From NCBI RefSeq assembly GCF_009914755.1, contig NC_060948.1: 64,000 nt of DNA. One strand, written 5' to 3'. Under the pieces are notes generated by a model. That model worked only from the letters and a program-made list of their open reading frames with translations, made no database searches and was not told the origin of the DNA. Both the position numbers and the translations under genes were made by a program. Origin of the DNA: the human T2T-CHM13v2.0 reference genome, Homo sapiens. This document shows positions 44,557 to 57,240 of the stretch, piece by piece; the first letter of the stretch is position 1; each line of letters opens with the position of its first letter.

Positions 44557-47500
44557 TTATCTCCAGGCCTGCCCCACAAGGGCTCCTGAAAGAAATCCTA
44601 AATATGTAGATTTAAAAATGGTGCTAGTCACATCAAAGACACACCAAAATATAAAGACCAATGATACTAGGAAGAAACTGCATTACCTAGTGTGAAAAAT
44701 AACAAAATAGTATCATTATGACAGGATCAAATTCACACATAACAATACTAAACTTAAATGTAAAATGGGCTAAATTCCCAATTAAAAGAGAAGACCCACA
44801 CTGGCAAATTTGATAGAATGAAGACCCATTGAAGTGTAGTATTCAGGAGATCCTTCTTATGTGCAAAGACACAAAAAGCTTCAAAATAATGGGATAAAGG
44901 AAAATTTAGCAAGCAAATGGAAAGCAAAAAAAGTAGGGGTTGCAATCCTAGTCTCTGACAAAACAGAGTTTAAATCAACAAATAATAAGAACAAAAAAAA
45001 CAAGGAAGGACATTACATAATGGTAAAGGGAATAATTCAACAAGAAGAGCTAACTATTCTGAATACATACACCCAATACAGGAGCAACCATATTCACAAA
45101 ACAAGTTCTTAGAAACATACAAAGAGACTCAGACTGCCACACAATAACAATGGGAGATTTTAACACCTCACTGTCAATATTAGACTGATTGATAAGCCAG
45201 AAAATTAACAATGACATTTAGGACATGAACTCAGCTCTGGATCAGGTGGACCCAGGAGAAATCTACAGAACTCTCTACCACAAATCAACAGAATATACAT
45301 TCTTCTCATTGCCACATGGCACTTATTCTAAAATCGACCACATAATTGGAAGTAAAACACTCTTCAGCAAATGCAAAAGAACTGAAATCATAACAAATAG
45401 TTTCTCAGACCACAGTGCAGTGAAATCACAGCTCTGGATTAGGAAACTCACTCAAAACCCCACAATTTCATGGACATTGAACAACCTGTTCCTGAATGAC
45501 TGCTGGTTAAATAATGAAATTAAGTCAGAAATCAAGAAGTTATTTGAAATGAATGAGAACAAAGAGACAACATACTGGAGTCTCTGAGACACAGCAGAAA
45601 TATCATTAAAAGGGAAGTTTATAGTACTAAATACCCACATCAGAGTGCTAGAAACATCTCAAACTGACAACCTAACACATATTTAGAAGAGGTAGAAAGT
45701 CAAGAGCAAACTAATCTAAAAGCTAATAGAAGACAAGAAATAACTAAGATCAGAGAAGAATTGAAGTAGATAGAGACACAGAAAACCCTTCAAAAAATCA
45801 ACAAATCCAGGAGGCGGCTTTTTGAAAAAAATTAACAAAATGGATAGATTACTAACTAGACTAATAAAAAGAATAGAGAGAAGAATTAAATAGTCACAAT
45901 GAAGAATAGTAAAAGGAATATTACTACTTACCCTAAAGAAATAAAAACTACCATCAGAGAATAGTATAAACACCTCTATGCAAGTAAACTAGAAAATATA
46001 GAAGAAATTGATAAATTCCTGGACATATGAACCCTGCAATTTACCAAGACTAAACCAAGAATTTGAATACCTGAATAGACGTATATCAAGCTCTGAAGTG
46101 GGGGCAGTAATTAATAGAATACTAACCAAAAAAAGCCAACCAACAGACAGAGCCATAGCTAATTCTACCAGCAATACAAAAAGGAGATGGTAGCATTCCT
46201 TCTAAAACAATTCAAAACCATTGAAATGGAGGGACTCCTTAACTCATTTTGTGAAGACAGCATCATCCTGATACTGAAATCAGGAAGAGACACACGCAAG
46301 GAAGAAAACTTCAAGCCAATATCCCTGATGCCATTATCCCTTCAAGCCAGTATCATTGAATAAAACTGACAAAACTAATCCAGCAGCACGTCGAAAAATT
46401 TATCCACCATGATGAGGTCAGCTTCATTCATGAGATGCAAGACTGGTTCAACATATGCAAATCAATAAACATAAGGCAACACATAAACAGAACTAAAGCT
46501 AAAAACCACATAATTATCTCAATAAATGCAGGAAAGGCCTTTGACAAAATTCAACATCTCTTCATGTTTAAAACTCTCAACAAACTAGGCATTAATGGAA
46601 AATATCTCAAATTAATAAGAGCTATTTATGACAAACCCACAGCCAATATCATATTGAATGGGTAAAAGTTAGAAGTATTCCTTTCAAAAAACAAGTACAA
46701 GACAAGAATGCCCTCTCTCACCTCTCGTATTCAAGATAGTATTGGAAGTTCTGGCCAGGGGAATCAGGCAAGAGAAAGAAATCAAGGGTATTCAAATAGG
46801 AAGAGAAGAAGTCAAGATGTGTCTGTTTGCAGAAAACTTTATTTTATATTTAGAAAACCATATCATCTCTGCCCAAAAAATTCTTGAACTGATAAGCAAT
46901 TTCAGCAAAGTCTAAGGACACAAAATGAATGTACAAAAATCACAAACATTCATTTCCAAGAACAATAGGCAAACAGAGAGCCAAATCATGACTAAACTCC
47001 TATTCACAGTTGCTACAAAGAGAGTACAATACCTAGAAATACAGCTAACAAGGATGTGAAAGACCTCTTCTGGGAGAACTACAAACCACTGTTCAAGGAA
47101 ATAAGAGAGGACACAAATAAATGGAAAAACATTCCATCCTTATTAATAAGAATAAACAATATCGTGAAAATGACCATACTGCCCAAAGTGATTTATGGAC
47201 TCAATGCTATTCCCATCAAACTACCATTGGCAATCTTCACACAATTATAAAAGGAAATTATTTTAAATTTCATATGGAATCAAAGAAGACTCCATAACAG
47301 TCAAGACAATCCTAAGCAAAAAGAACAAACTGGAAGCATCATGCTACATGACTTCAAACTCTACTAGAAGGTTACAGTAACAAAAACAGCATGGTACTTT
47401 AACCAAAACAGACATATAGAGCAATGGTTATTTGATCTAATTAAACTAAATTGCACAGCAAAAGAAACTATCATCAGAGTGAACAGGCAAACCACAGAAT

Positions 47501-48400
47501 GGGAGAAAAATTTTGCAATCTACCCATCTGACAAAGGTCTAATATCCAGAATTTATAAGGAACTTAAACATATTTAAAAGAAAAAACAAACTTCCACATC
47601 AAAAAAATGGGGAAAGGATATAAACAGACACTTCTCAAAAGAAGACATTTACACAGACAACAAACATATGAAAAAAAACTCAACTTCACTGATCATAGAG
47701 AAATGCAAACCAAAACCACAATGAGATACCATCTCATGCCAGTCAGAATGGTGATTGTTAAAACGTCAGGAAGCAATAGATGCTGGTGAGGCTGTGGTGA
47801 CATTGGAACTCCTTTACACTATTGGTAGGAATGTTAATTAGTTCAAACATTGTGGAAGACAGCATGGTGATTCCTCAAGAATCTAGAACCAGAAATATCA
47901 TTTCGCCCAGCATTCCCATTACTGGGTACATAAAGAAAGGAATATAAATCGTTCTATTATAAAGACACATGCACACAAATTTTTATTGCAGCACTATTTA
48001 ATACCAAAGACATGGAACCAACCCAAATACCCGTTAATGATAGACTGGATAAAGAAACTCTGGTACATGCACACCATGGAATACTATGCAACCATAAACA
48101 ATAATGAGATCATCTCCTTTGCATGGACGTGACTGAAGCTGAAAGCCGTCATCCTTAGCAAACTAACACAGGAACAGAAAACCAAACACTGCATGTTCTC
48201 ACTCATAAGTGGGATTTGAACATTGAAAACACATGGACACAGAGAGGAGACAACACACACCAGGGCCTGCTGGGGGCTGGGAGTTAGGGGAGGGAACTTA
48301 GATGATGAGTCAATAGGTGCAGCAAAGCATTATGGCACACATATCCCTATGTAAGAAACCTGCATGTTCTGCACAATTATCCTTTTTTTAAAGAAATAAA
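44557..48400 (+). mobile_element. L1PA (about PA10-PA13): ORF1 end, decayed ORF2 with an internal deletion at ~47428, 3'UTR
   Basis: Endonuclease peptides ([19 protein letters not shown]) and RT peptides (AFDKIQH). 'gagcaatgg' jumps to 'gatctaattaaactaaa'. The 3'UTR runs to ~48400. Confidence 0.92.
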
Positions 48401-48464
48401 ACAAAGTTGTTTCATCAGGTTTGTAAAATTTAACTAATAAGATAAAAATCTCATATATATTATA

Positions 48465-49640
48465 ATAAATTTCATTAAGTTTTCTCAAAACAGCTATTTA
48501 ACATTCTCTGAAAGGGTATGCATCTCTACCTCTCTGAGATTGTTAAATGGCACTTTCAGTATGTTTTGTGAAGTGATTGTTTCCTACCCTGTCCTGATGC
48601 TTGCAGATGTTCACCTGTGCCTGTATGTTGAAAAATTTTAAGTATTTAACCTAATCTTTGTAGTCTGGGTTTATTTGTCCTTCTTGAGAAGGCTTTTTAC
48701 CTATTTAATAGTGATTAAGTGTTGTGATTTAAGTCTTTGCTCACTGCAGTCATATCTCCGTTGAAAGCAGTTTATTCCCAGGAGCAGTTTGCTATTTGCT
48801 GATTCATATAAGTAATGACTTGATGGTCTTAGATATGATATGGTAAAAATCTCTGAATTAGCATGTGGAGTCTCCTTATCACTTTTCTTAGTTTTCCGCA
48901 AACAAATGAGGTTTCTTTCTCCAGAATAAGCTGCCTGGAGTTGTAAGAGAGAGAACAAAACTTTCTCATAGCCACAATCATCAGAACTGTGCTTCTTCAC
49001 ACCTGAAGCTAGCACAGAATTGGGTCTTTCCCAAAGACTGTGGTAATTATTGCCTGACTGTTGATAATTATTAGTGATCCAGAGGTTATTTTAGCAGCAG
49101 CTAATATATCTTTCCTGGTCTGGTGTTTTCTTCCAGGGCAATGGGTTTCCTTCGGAAACAGTGTGGGTCTAGAAGTGCCATTCGGAAACCAGAGTGTGGA
49201 ATCAGAAACTTTCTGGATATTCTTGATGCTTCATTTTACTGTGGCAAAGTTGCTTTCCAAATTGCAATACGTAGTCCTCTTAACACTTTATTATCTTGTC
49301 CTCAAAAAGAGAAAGTAATTTTTGAACTTTTAAGCTGTCCTGCCTGGAATTGTGTGTGGGGTGACACAAACATTTTTTTGGACACCTAAGCTTGTGTCTC
49401 ACTGAATCAGATGCACTTTAATCTCACTGTCCCTGAGTCCAGAAAAGGTACCAGAATTTTCCCAGAAATTGCCATCTGTGTGGCCAAACTGCTTTCAAAT
49501 TTATTTGGGACTCTAGAGCATTTTAACTTTGGGGGCCAGCCACAACTCAGGTTCCAAATTTTGGGCTGAATAAGTCCCCCCTGGCTAGGGCTGATCTAAG
49601 TACTCCCTCCCTGGGCAGTGGCCAAATTCTGCCCTTGGAA
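48465..49640 (-). mobile_element. L1M 5' region/ORF1 fragment
   Basis: 'tctcaaaacagctattt' and 'tgtccttcttgagaaggcttt', typical of antisense L1M1-like 5' ends. Confidence 0.6.
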
Positions 49641-49955
49641 TTTCCTAGGTGGTAGGAGCATCTTTTGTTCTAAGGAGGTGCCTCTAAATGGGCTCCTGGA
49701 CAGCCTCAGGATGCAGGCTAGTTGATATGGAATGAATCATGAAGGTTGAACTTTCAGTCCCACCCCTGGACCTCCAAATAGGGGAGACAGGTTGAAGGTT
49801 GAGTTGATCACCAATGGCCAATGATGGGCCAATGGTCATGCCTACATAATAAAGCCTCCATAAAACTCCAGAGGACAAGGTTCATGGAGCTTCTGGATTG
49901 CTGAACACGTGGAGGTGATGGGAGGGCAGTACACTTGGAGAGGGCTTGGAAGCCC
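49640..49955 (+). mobile_element. MER21-type LTR fragment
   Basis: 'ggttgaactttcagtcccacccc...gttgagttgatcaccaatggccaatga...aagcctccataaaa...gctgaacacgtggaggt'. Confidence 0.75.
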
Positions 49956-49964
49956 ACCATAGAA

Positions 49965-50602
49965 ATGCTTTTGTCCTTTATGCTTAAAGACATGTCTGCA
50001 GCTACACTGATAAAGGAAAAACTCCCAGTGTAGAAATTATTTGTCCTTTGTACAACCAGTAGGCTTACAAGAAATAGTCACTTCTCTTTTTGTGGCCATG
50101 TACATGGTAGGCTTTGTTGGGATACAGTGAGCACTTTTCCTTTCTTTTTTGGACAGGCTTTGACCTGTGAGCTAACCCTCTATAAATCATCAATCACTTC
50201 AGCCTCTGATTTGTCTTGGACCAAGGTCTTGGGCCAAGATTTCACTTCAGCTGCTAATTAGTCCCAGTCCAAGGTCCTGTACCAAGCTTTTTACTTCAGC
50301 CTCCTTGTTGGTCCCGGGCCAGGGTTCCCAACCAAGCTAAGTAATGCTTTCTCCAAGAACAGTCAGCACATTGCTTCTCTTCCCAGTCCATAAAAACCCT
50401 GGGCCTATCCTCATAGTGGCAACTCTTTTCTGAGTCCTCTCTCTGCTGTGGAGACATTTTTTTATTTTGCTTATTAAACTTTTATTCCAACCTCACCCTT
50501 TGTCTCTATGCTTCTTAATTCTCTTGGTCATGAGACAAAGAACTCCAAGTGGTACCTCACAATGAGACTGCTACATTGTGGTGCATTGTTGAGACTATAA
50601 CA
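49965..50602 (+). mobile_element. ERV1 LTR, MER66-like
   Basis: Repeated 'cacttcagcc...ggtcc...ccaagg' units, 'ccataaaaaccc', the ATTAAA signal 'cttattaaactt' and the end 'ctataaca'. Confidence 0.65.
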
Positions 50603-50604
50603 CT

Positions 50605-50975
50605 ATCATCATAGTCCTCAGCAATACTTTACTTTTCAAAATAATGGACTCTCTTATGTGTGTCTTGTAGGACTCTACTAGTTGTGATAAACATCTTCAG
50701 AATTTGTTTTCAATTCTGGAACTTTTTTTTTTTTTATTTTGAAGTAAAACATTTCCAGATGAATTAGCTTTGTTTGGTAGAATTTTTTGTTTTATCACAT
50801 TGAAATTTGGGATATTTTTAGCTTTTTTTTATACAAATAATCTGTCTGCCACTCCTAAATATATCTAGTCAATAATGTCTAATAAATGTCATATTTTATT
50901 TTTTTGATATTTTAAAAATATTTTAAAAATATTTTTTGTGTTTATGAATCAATACGTCTTTAATTTCGTGATGAT
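50605..50975 (-). mobile_element. L1M fragment
   Basis: Diverged antisense ORF1-end motifs. Confidence 0.4.
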
Positions 50976-50978
50976 TTT

Positions 50979-51651
50979 GTTACCAGGAATTCTGCATTGC
51001 AATGGTTCCCTGAACTATGGACATAAACAGAGTCAGAGCTCTTAATGAATAATCTTAGTTCTTGTGACAGTGAGCAAATAATTGCAAAATAACATCAAAA
51101 TACAAGTTTAAAAAATGTTTATTGAAGCACAGTAACACACTCCCAGAAAGACAGTGGAGTAATTTCTGTGAAATGAAATTATCCTCTCTTTACACAACTC
51201 GGTCTTTCATGGAGGTTTTGGAGGGAGGAGTTGAGGTTTGGGCTGTGTCTGAGTGACAAAATAGTGTTATTTGTTTAGCAGTTAATGGATATTTAGCTAA
51301 AATTAAACTATGACTGTTCTTAACCCTAATTCATTAAGAAAAGCACACTGAGTGAAGGGCAGTAAATCCCCATGTAATTTTTATTATAATAAGAGCATGG
51401 TGGGCTCAGTTTTAATTTGAGGACACAGTTCTGTGTTACTGGGCATGTGGCACTTTAGGTTATTTCCACCTGTGCACTAGTTTGTCCTGTTCCAGGCTGT
51501 GCTGGCCAGACCTTACCACAATCTCCATCCATTAAGTTTGAGTTAGAACAGCTCTGGGGCTAAACTTAAGTGGGTCATGGGCTGTCTTCGTGACATCCTT
51601 TCTGCTCTCTTTTCTAACTGCCTTGCTGATGCTAATATCTAACTACCTAAT
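50979..51651 (-). mobile_element. ERV1 3' LTR (MER66/MER73/MER83-like group; family uncertain)
   Basis: Begins 'tgttaccagg' on +, has a polyA-signal-like 'tttattgaag' on the minus strand, and ends 'tatctaactacctaata' next to env-side sequence. Confidence 0.6.
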
Positions 51652-53700
51652 ATTTTACCTTCAAGAGTAAAGGACCCAAATCTTTGATAGATGTGTAACA
51701 ATCAATCTGGTTACTTCCTGATGACAAGGACCAGTGGTATTAGTTAAGTCCTCTCTCTCACTTTCTTTAAGCTAGAAGGTTGAACATAAGATAATGATAC
51801 ATGCCCAAAGAGTTCAGGTAGATTTCAATGTGGTTGGAAGCTCCTGGTATCTTTGTTGTACAATTATTTGAAGTTTTATGGATTATAAATAACAAGAAAT
51901 GAAATGTACACAAATGGCAAATAAACATGGACCAAAAAGGAGAAGTAAAATAGTTACCAGGTGTCCTTCCAGTAGAAGAAACCAAGATATAAAAGGCAAA
52001 TAACCCTTTACATTTGTCCATATAGGGTTTGATTGATTCGTGCTTGCTGTTTTGAGTCATGTAGCCACTTCAAGGACTCTATTGGCTTCTTTGGAAGAGT
52101 TGATATGAAAAAAACAGGAGGTATTGGCCAGGGCACAAAGTCCCCCTTGTTTGTCCAAAAGATAATCTAAGGCACTACGACAGTCTGCCACCTGAGCTGC
52201 CAAGGAGTCAAGGGATGTTTGTAAGGCTTAAAACCCTTGCCTGTATTTTCAGCATTATATTGTAAGTAGGTGGACACATCTCGTATAGTATGGGCATTAT
52301 AGGCTATGCCTCCTGCTAAACCCCCAAGGGCACTTACTGAAGTACTAATTCCCAGTGCTATTAGCCAAGGTCCTTTTTTATTTCTGTGATGGTTGAGACT
52401 GGGGGGAGTAAGGTTAGTATACATTTGGATGGTGTTTGGCACATTTGTTACCCAAGTTAAGGAGTAGGTTCACCTGATTGCTGATTGGTCCAAGCTGCTT
52501 AGTCCTCATAGCTTGCATTTTTTTAAAATCTGCATTCAAACCATAATATTTGAAAAGCAGAGATAGTTGCATGGTTTCTGAGAATGAGTTTGATAATGTT
52601 GCGGAGTAAACAATTGTTAATCATATTACTTTCTGATACCAAAGGTCCCCAGGATGCCCTGGTCCATTTATAAGCCTTACCTAGGAATACCAGTTTGTGA
52701 GTATTCCACCTATCACATTAGCTCATATGTACTCGATGGCATGACTAACTGCTTAAGTTTTGTTATATTTGCATGTTTTCATTATCCTAGATTCATTTAA
52801 CCTTTAGTATGTAAAGGCCCTTGGTTTACAGTCTTAAGTAGCTGAGAGCAAATTTAATAAAGCCTTGAGTGGAAGAGTCTCAATTTTGACTTTTGGGATG
52901 TTCAGTAGCCATTTGACTTGGAAAATCTGTTTTTTTTAAATCAACAATAATAATATATTTGAGGACTCAGGAATATAACAGTCTTCAAAAAGACCGTGAA
53001 TACTGGTGGGGGCTGTTGTTCCAGAGATGACAATATAAAGATTTTTTTAAAGCTGTTAATGGTTTAATCATTCTTTACTCAGACTTTATCTTCTACCTCC
53101 AGACCTCAATGTTTCAGTAATTCATGATGTTATCACTGACTGTATGTCACTTATTTTCCCATACAGTATAAAATTGAGTCTATCATTAACCTATCTGAAA
53201 TCTGAATAATGTGAACGCCCCAGGTAGGCACAAGGAAGAAACAGGTGAAGTCTGTGGTTTTAACCTTCCAAGGTGCAACCTTCTCCTTTTTTTATTAGTT
53301 CCTGGGCTCCAAATAGAACTTAACTACCACCTCTCATTACCTGGAGTAGCTGGTCAGTAGATTCGTATCTTTCCCTTTCAAAATATAGTGGTGAATCTTC
53401 CATCTTTAAGCTGTCTTTTGGAAATGTCTCTGGGCCACAGTTTGTTCCTCTGAATAGAGGAATGGGAAATACATTTACCTCGCACAGTTTTTCTTGGGAC
53501 TAAATGGGCTAAAACATGGCATGTAAGCCTGCTTTTGTGTAAGCCTGGTTTTGTGAAACAGGCTGCTTGGTGTGCTGCAGTTGTTCTTGTTTGTTTGTTT
53601 TGCCTCTCACATAAGAAGCTATCTGATTTATACACCTATTACTTATGTTCCTATATGTTTAAAAAACACATAGAAAGACAACAGTTTTTTAAACATGTGT
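51652..53700 (-). mobile_element. ERV1 internal remnant with decayed env
   Basis: Furin-like RNKK, fusion-peptide-like PWLIALGISTSVSALGGLAGG, then after a frameshift LQTSLDSLAAQVADCRSALDYLLDKQGGLCALANTSC (ISD and a decayed CX6CC). Confidence 0.75.
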
Positions 53701-53765
53701 AAGGAGGTTTATATTCCTTCTAGCTAGTCTTTGTCTTCAACACAGACAAAAAAGAGAACTCTGGG

Positions 53766-54408
53766 AGTTACTGGTGGAGGATCTGGATTACAAGTCATAT
53801 AGGTTATTGGCATTTTGAACAAATAATTGTGCAAAATGCACAGAGAAAGCTAAACAAGAATAAACCAATCAAAGCATAGCTTTATTGAAATGAAAGTAAA
53901 CTCCAAAGAGTGGGTGTGGGCTCAAATAAGTGGCTCAAGAGAACTGATTATAGAGTTTTCTGGGGTTTAAATGCCTTCCAGAGATTTCCCATTGGTTACT
54001 TGATTTACACCCTATGTAAAGAAAGTAGAGACTCTTGACTGTCTGATTGGTTGTGAAAGGGGCCAATCAGTGGCTGAATTGAAGTTACAAAGTTATACCA
54101 TATGCAAATGTATGATTGGTTGTCAGAGGGATCTTAACAGAGGCAAAAGTGAAGGTAGAAAGTTTCACCCCTGTAAAAATGAGGACTAGACCCATGACTA
54201 GTCTGATGGTGATGGAAAGTTACAAAATCAGAGGACCTTACCATTTTTTATCATGCCACAGAAATGGAGGGTGGTTGCAAGGGTACTAGCTTTTTATCTT
54301 TTTGTTCCTTGGGCATAGAGAGTTGGGGCTTTCTTTTAATTTAATGCTAGTAAGTCAGCACAAGTTGGCCTTAGATTCCCTGCTTCCAGACTCTATTCTC
54401 CTACTTCA
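53766..54408 (-). mobile_element. LTR19 (HERV-F/FH19 group) 3' LTR
   Basis: 'gttactggtggagg...tttgaacaaa...tttattgaaatgaaagta...ttttctggggtttaaat'. It ends 'ctattctcctacttca' followed by the PPT 'tttctccccc'. Confidence 0.8.
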
Positions 54409-55900
54409 TTTCTCCCCCGAGTGATGTTTTCCCCTTAAATGTTTACAGAAGGCTGAGGGGACCAATGGTCCTTCTTCTGTAACTGCTTTATGCAGACTTG
54501 GAGTGCAGTGCCTACTTACTGGGTACCACAGAACCCTTGTCTTGCTTTGTCTAATGGAGACAGGGTAGCTTCTTAATGGCCAGGGATGGTGTCTTTACCG
54601 GGAAATGGCTGAAAATATTGTCACATAAGATGATTGATGGTTTCTAGCCAGGAGAAAATAAATTTGGCTAAGAGATTTAAAAAACATAGCCCCCAAACCA
54701 AGGCAAGAATAATCATTAATAATGGACTGGCCAAGGGAAGGAGACATGAACCCCAACTTGACATGTATGACCAGGAGCCCATGACTTGTATAGCTGTTAT
54801 TGTATCTTACAAGCTCAATTGGCCAGTTTTCAGGCAGCATCCCTTACTATTCCTTATTCGTTGATGTAAAAACAGCATTCTTCCTCCAGAAAATAAACAT
54901 AAGCCATCTTTTTCAATGGTTAAAATATCCAGTCCCCTTCTATTTTGTAAAGCAACCACTACCAAGATGTTTATTTTGTAAAGTGACAATACTTTGGGCA
55001 GTTTAATTCAAGCTTTCTGAAAGATCCTTGGACAAGTGGTTGTTAATAGGATAGGAAAGTTGCAAGAGTGCTAACTCTTGTTTCCACCTCTGCTCTTATT
55101 TGTTCACCTACCAAAAGACTTATGAGTTCTATGGGTCATTTGTGCCTGGCTGTTGCAGTTAAAGGCATAATGAGAGACTGGTTACTGTTTCAACCCAGCC
55201 AGTAAGGGTGTCTATTAGTTCTAGCAAAAATTTGTATGCTTTCAAAGCTGTCATCTAGGTGCAATCTAATTGCCAATCTCCCCCTCTAACTTTAGCCTAT
55301 ATATTCACACATGGAATCTCTTTTACAATTACTTTTTCATAAACCTTCCCCAACTCATTCAAATCCTTAGATTTGTCCTATCTCACTTAAAAAAACACTT
55401 TAACCTTCAACACTTATGCAAGTAATCCACATTCACATGCTTTTACCAAAAATACACTATACTTTTGTTATACAAATCCTCTTCAGATCTTAAACAGACC
55501 ATCTACAAATGTTTGGAATTTCTGACTTGTCCTATGTATCCCTCTTTTTAGACAACCAGTTATTTTAGTCCAGGACAAGAATTACCAGACAAGATCTTTT
55601 CTCATACAAAATTATTATTTTTATAACCTTCATTATCAAAAATACATGTTAACATAAATAAATTTCTTCATATATCTCTCCCCTACCTATTAGTTCATTA
55701 CTATCCTATTTTATAAATAATCTTTTTAAAAAGTCCACAATTTGAATTAAGTTTTAAGTAACTTTGTAACTACATAAAATCATTCTTTCTCACCAATAAC
55801 ACATCTTTTGGCACATTTTGAATACAGAACTATGTGTTAACTAACATTCTTATCTTTAGTAACCTTAAATTTTAGTGAATCCCTAAAAAGAAAGGAATCT
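54409..55900 (-). mobile_element. HERV-F/H-like internal remnant: env TM, integrase fragment, leader
   Basis: ISD VVALQNRRGLDILTIEKDGLCLF (ORF 54807-54989). Integrase-like GDWQLD...LLELIDTLTGWVE at ~55185-55290. Confidence 0.8.
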
Positions 55901-56944
55901 TGAGTTTGTTATGTATTGAGTAAACTTTATTATTTTAATCTCTTCAATCCTGCTATATGCACATGATCTTTTTTGGATCCTGAGTGTTCAGAGGCTGGTG
56001 GGCAATGTCTATGCCATTTTGAGTTCTTTGGTGTAGTTGTACTCACCTGTAGAGAATGCCTGTTATTTATACCAGTATACTACTTGAACTCAATCTTACA
56101 ACACATTTCTTAGTGTTGTCTAATAATAATCAAACAGAAAAGTGATGATAATGTAAAATAACTCATATGTGTTTGTTCAGATAAAAGTAATTAAAGAAGA
56201 AAAATCACCAAAGGAAAAAAATGAAAAAAATTCTCATCACACTCACCTATCATCACTACACTCAATTTGTTTTCTTAGTCTCTATTTCTCACATAAGAAT
56301 GCTAGATATCACATTAAGCTCAAAACTGTAATTCAGTTTTGAGCCTAATGTAAATCAGGTTTGTCTTTTTTTAGAGTCAGTAGATTATTAATCTTTATTT
56401 CATCTTTGTCATATACGATAATATATTCCTAGGACCTGGTCCTTAGACATGGGCGTTATGGTGTGGCTTTATTCCATTTGCCAAATGTCCTGTTATATGG
56501 ATCTTTTTAATATGATTTTAGAACCTGTTAAAGTTTTGTTTCTGTCTCTGAAAAACCTTAAGTTTTTTTTTTTTTAACCTCAGGAGCAAATTGCTAAAAT
56601 TCAGTTCTCAATGTTAGAAGGAGACATAACATTTTGCTGTTTTATGGGAGATATTAATTTGCATTCATATTCTTTAATTGAGACTTCACTTTATATAGGG
56701 AATACCTTTTTATGGAATACTTTTTTATATTAGGAATACCTTTTTATGCCTTGAGATAATACTAAGGTATCTAATAGTAAAGATAATTCACCTTAACTTA
56801 ATGAGGATATATCTGTATCAGAACTGTTCATAAATTTTACTGAATAGTTCTGCTGTTACTTTTTCTTGTTTGTTTTTCTTTTTTTGCCTCTATATAGGCA
56901 CCACTGTGATGTCCAATTAATCCAAAATGGAATAATACAGCTCT

Positions 56945-57240
56945 GGCCAGCTTCAGTATCACATGCCTGTAATCTCATCACTTTAGGAAGCTGGGGCAGG
57001 GGAATCAGTTGGGTCAAAAAGTTGGAGACCAGCCAGAGTAACATAAAAATATCCTGTTTCTATTAATTTTTTTGAAAGAAATTAACTTGGTGTGATGGCA
57101 CACTTCTCTGGTACCACTGACTTGAGAGGCTGAGGCAAGACAATCACTTAAACACAGGAGTCTGGTGCTGCAGTAAGCCATGATCACATCAGTGCACTCT
57201 TGCCCAGTTGAGAGAGTAAAATGTTGTCTCAAAAAATACA
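56945..57240 (+). mobile_element. AluJ
   Basis: Highly diverged dimer with the J-type 'gctgcagtaagccatgatcaca'. Confidence 0.85.

Noticed and set aside
32505-50602. Two MER66-like LTRs as the ends of one provirus or a palindrome
   Set aside because: They are in opposite orientation, visibly diverged, and have unrelated content between them.
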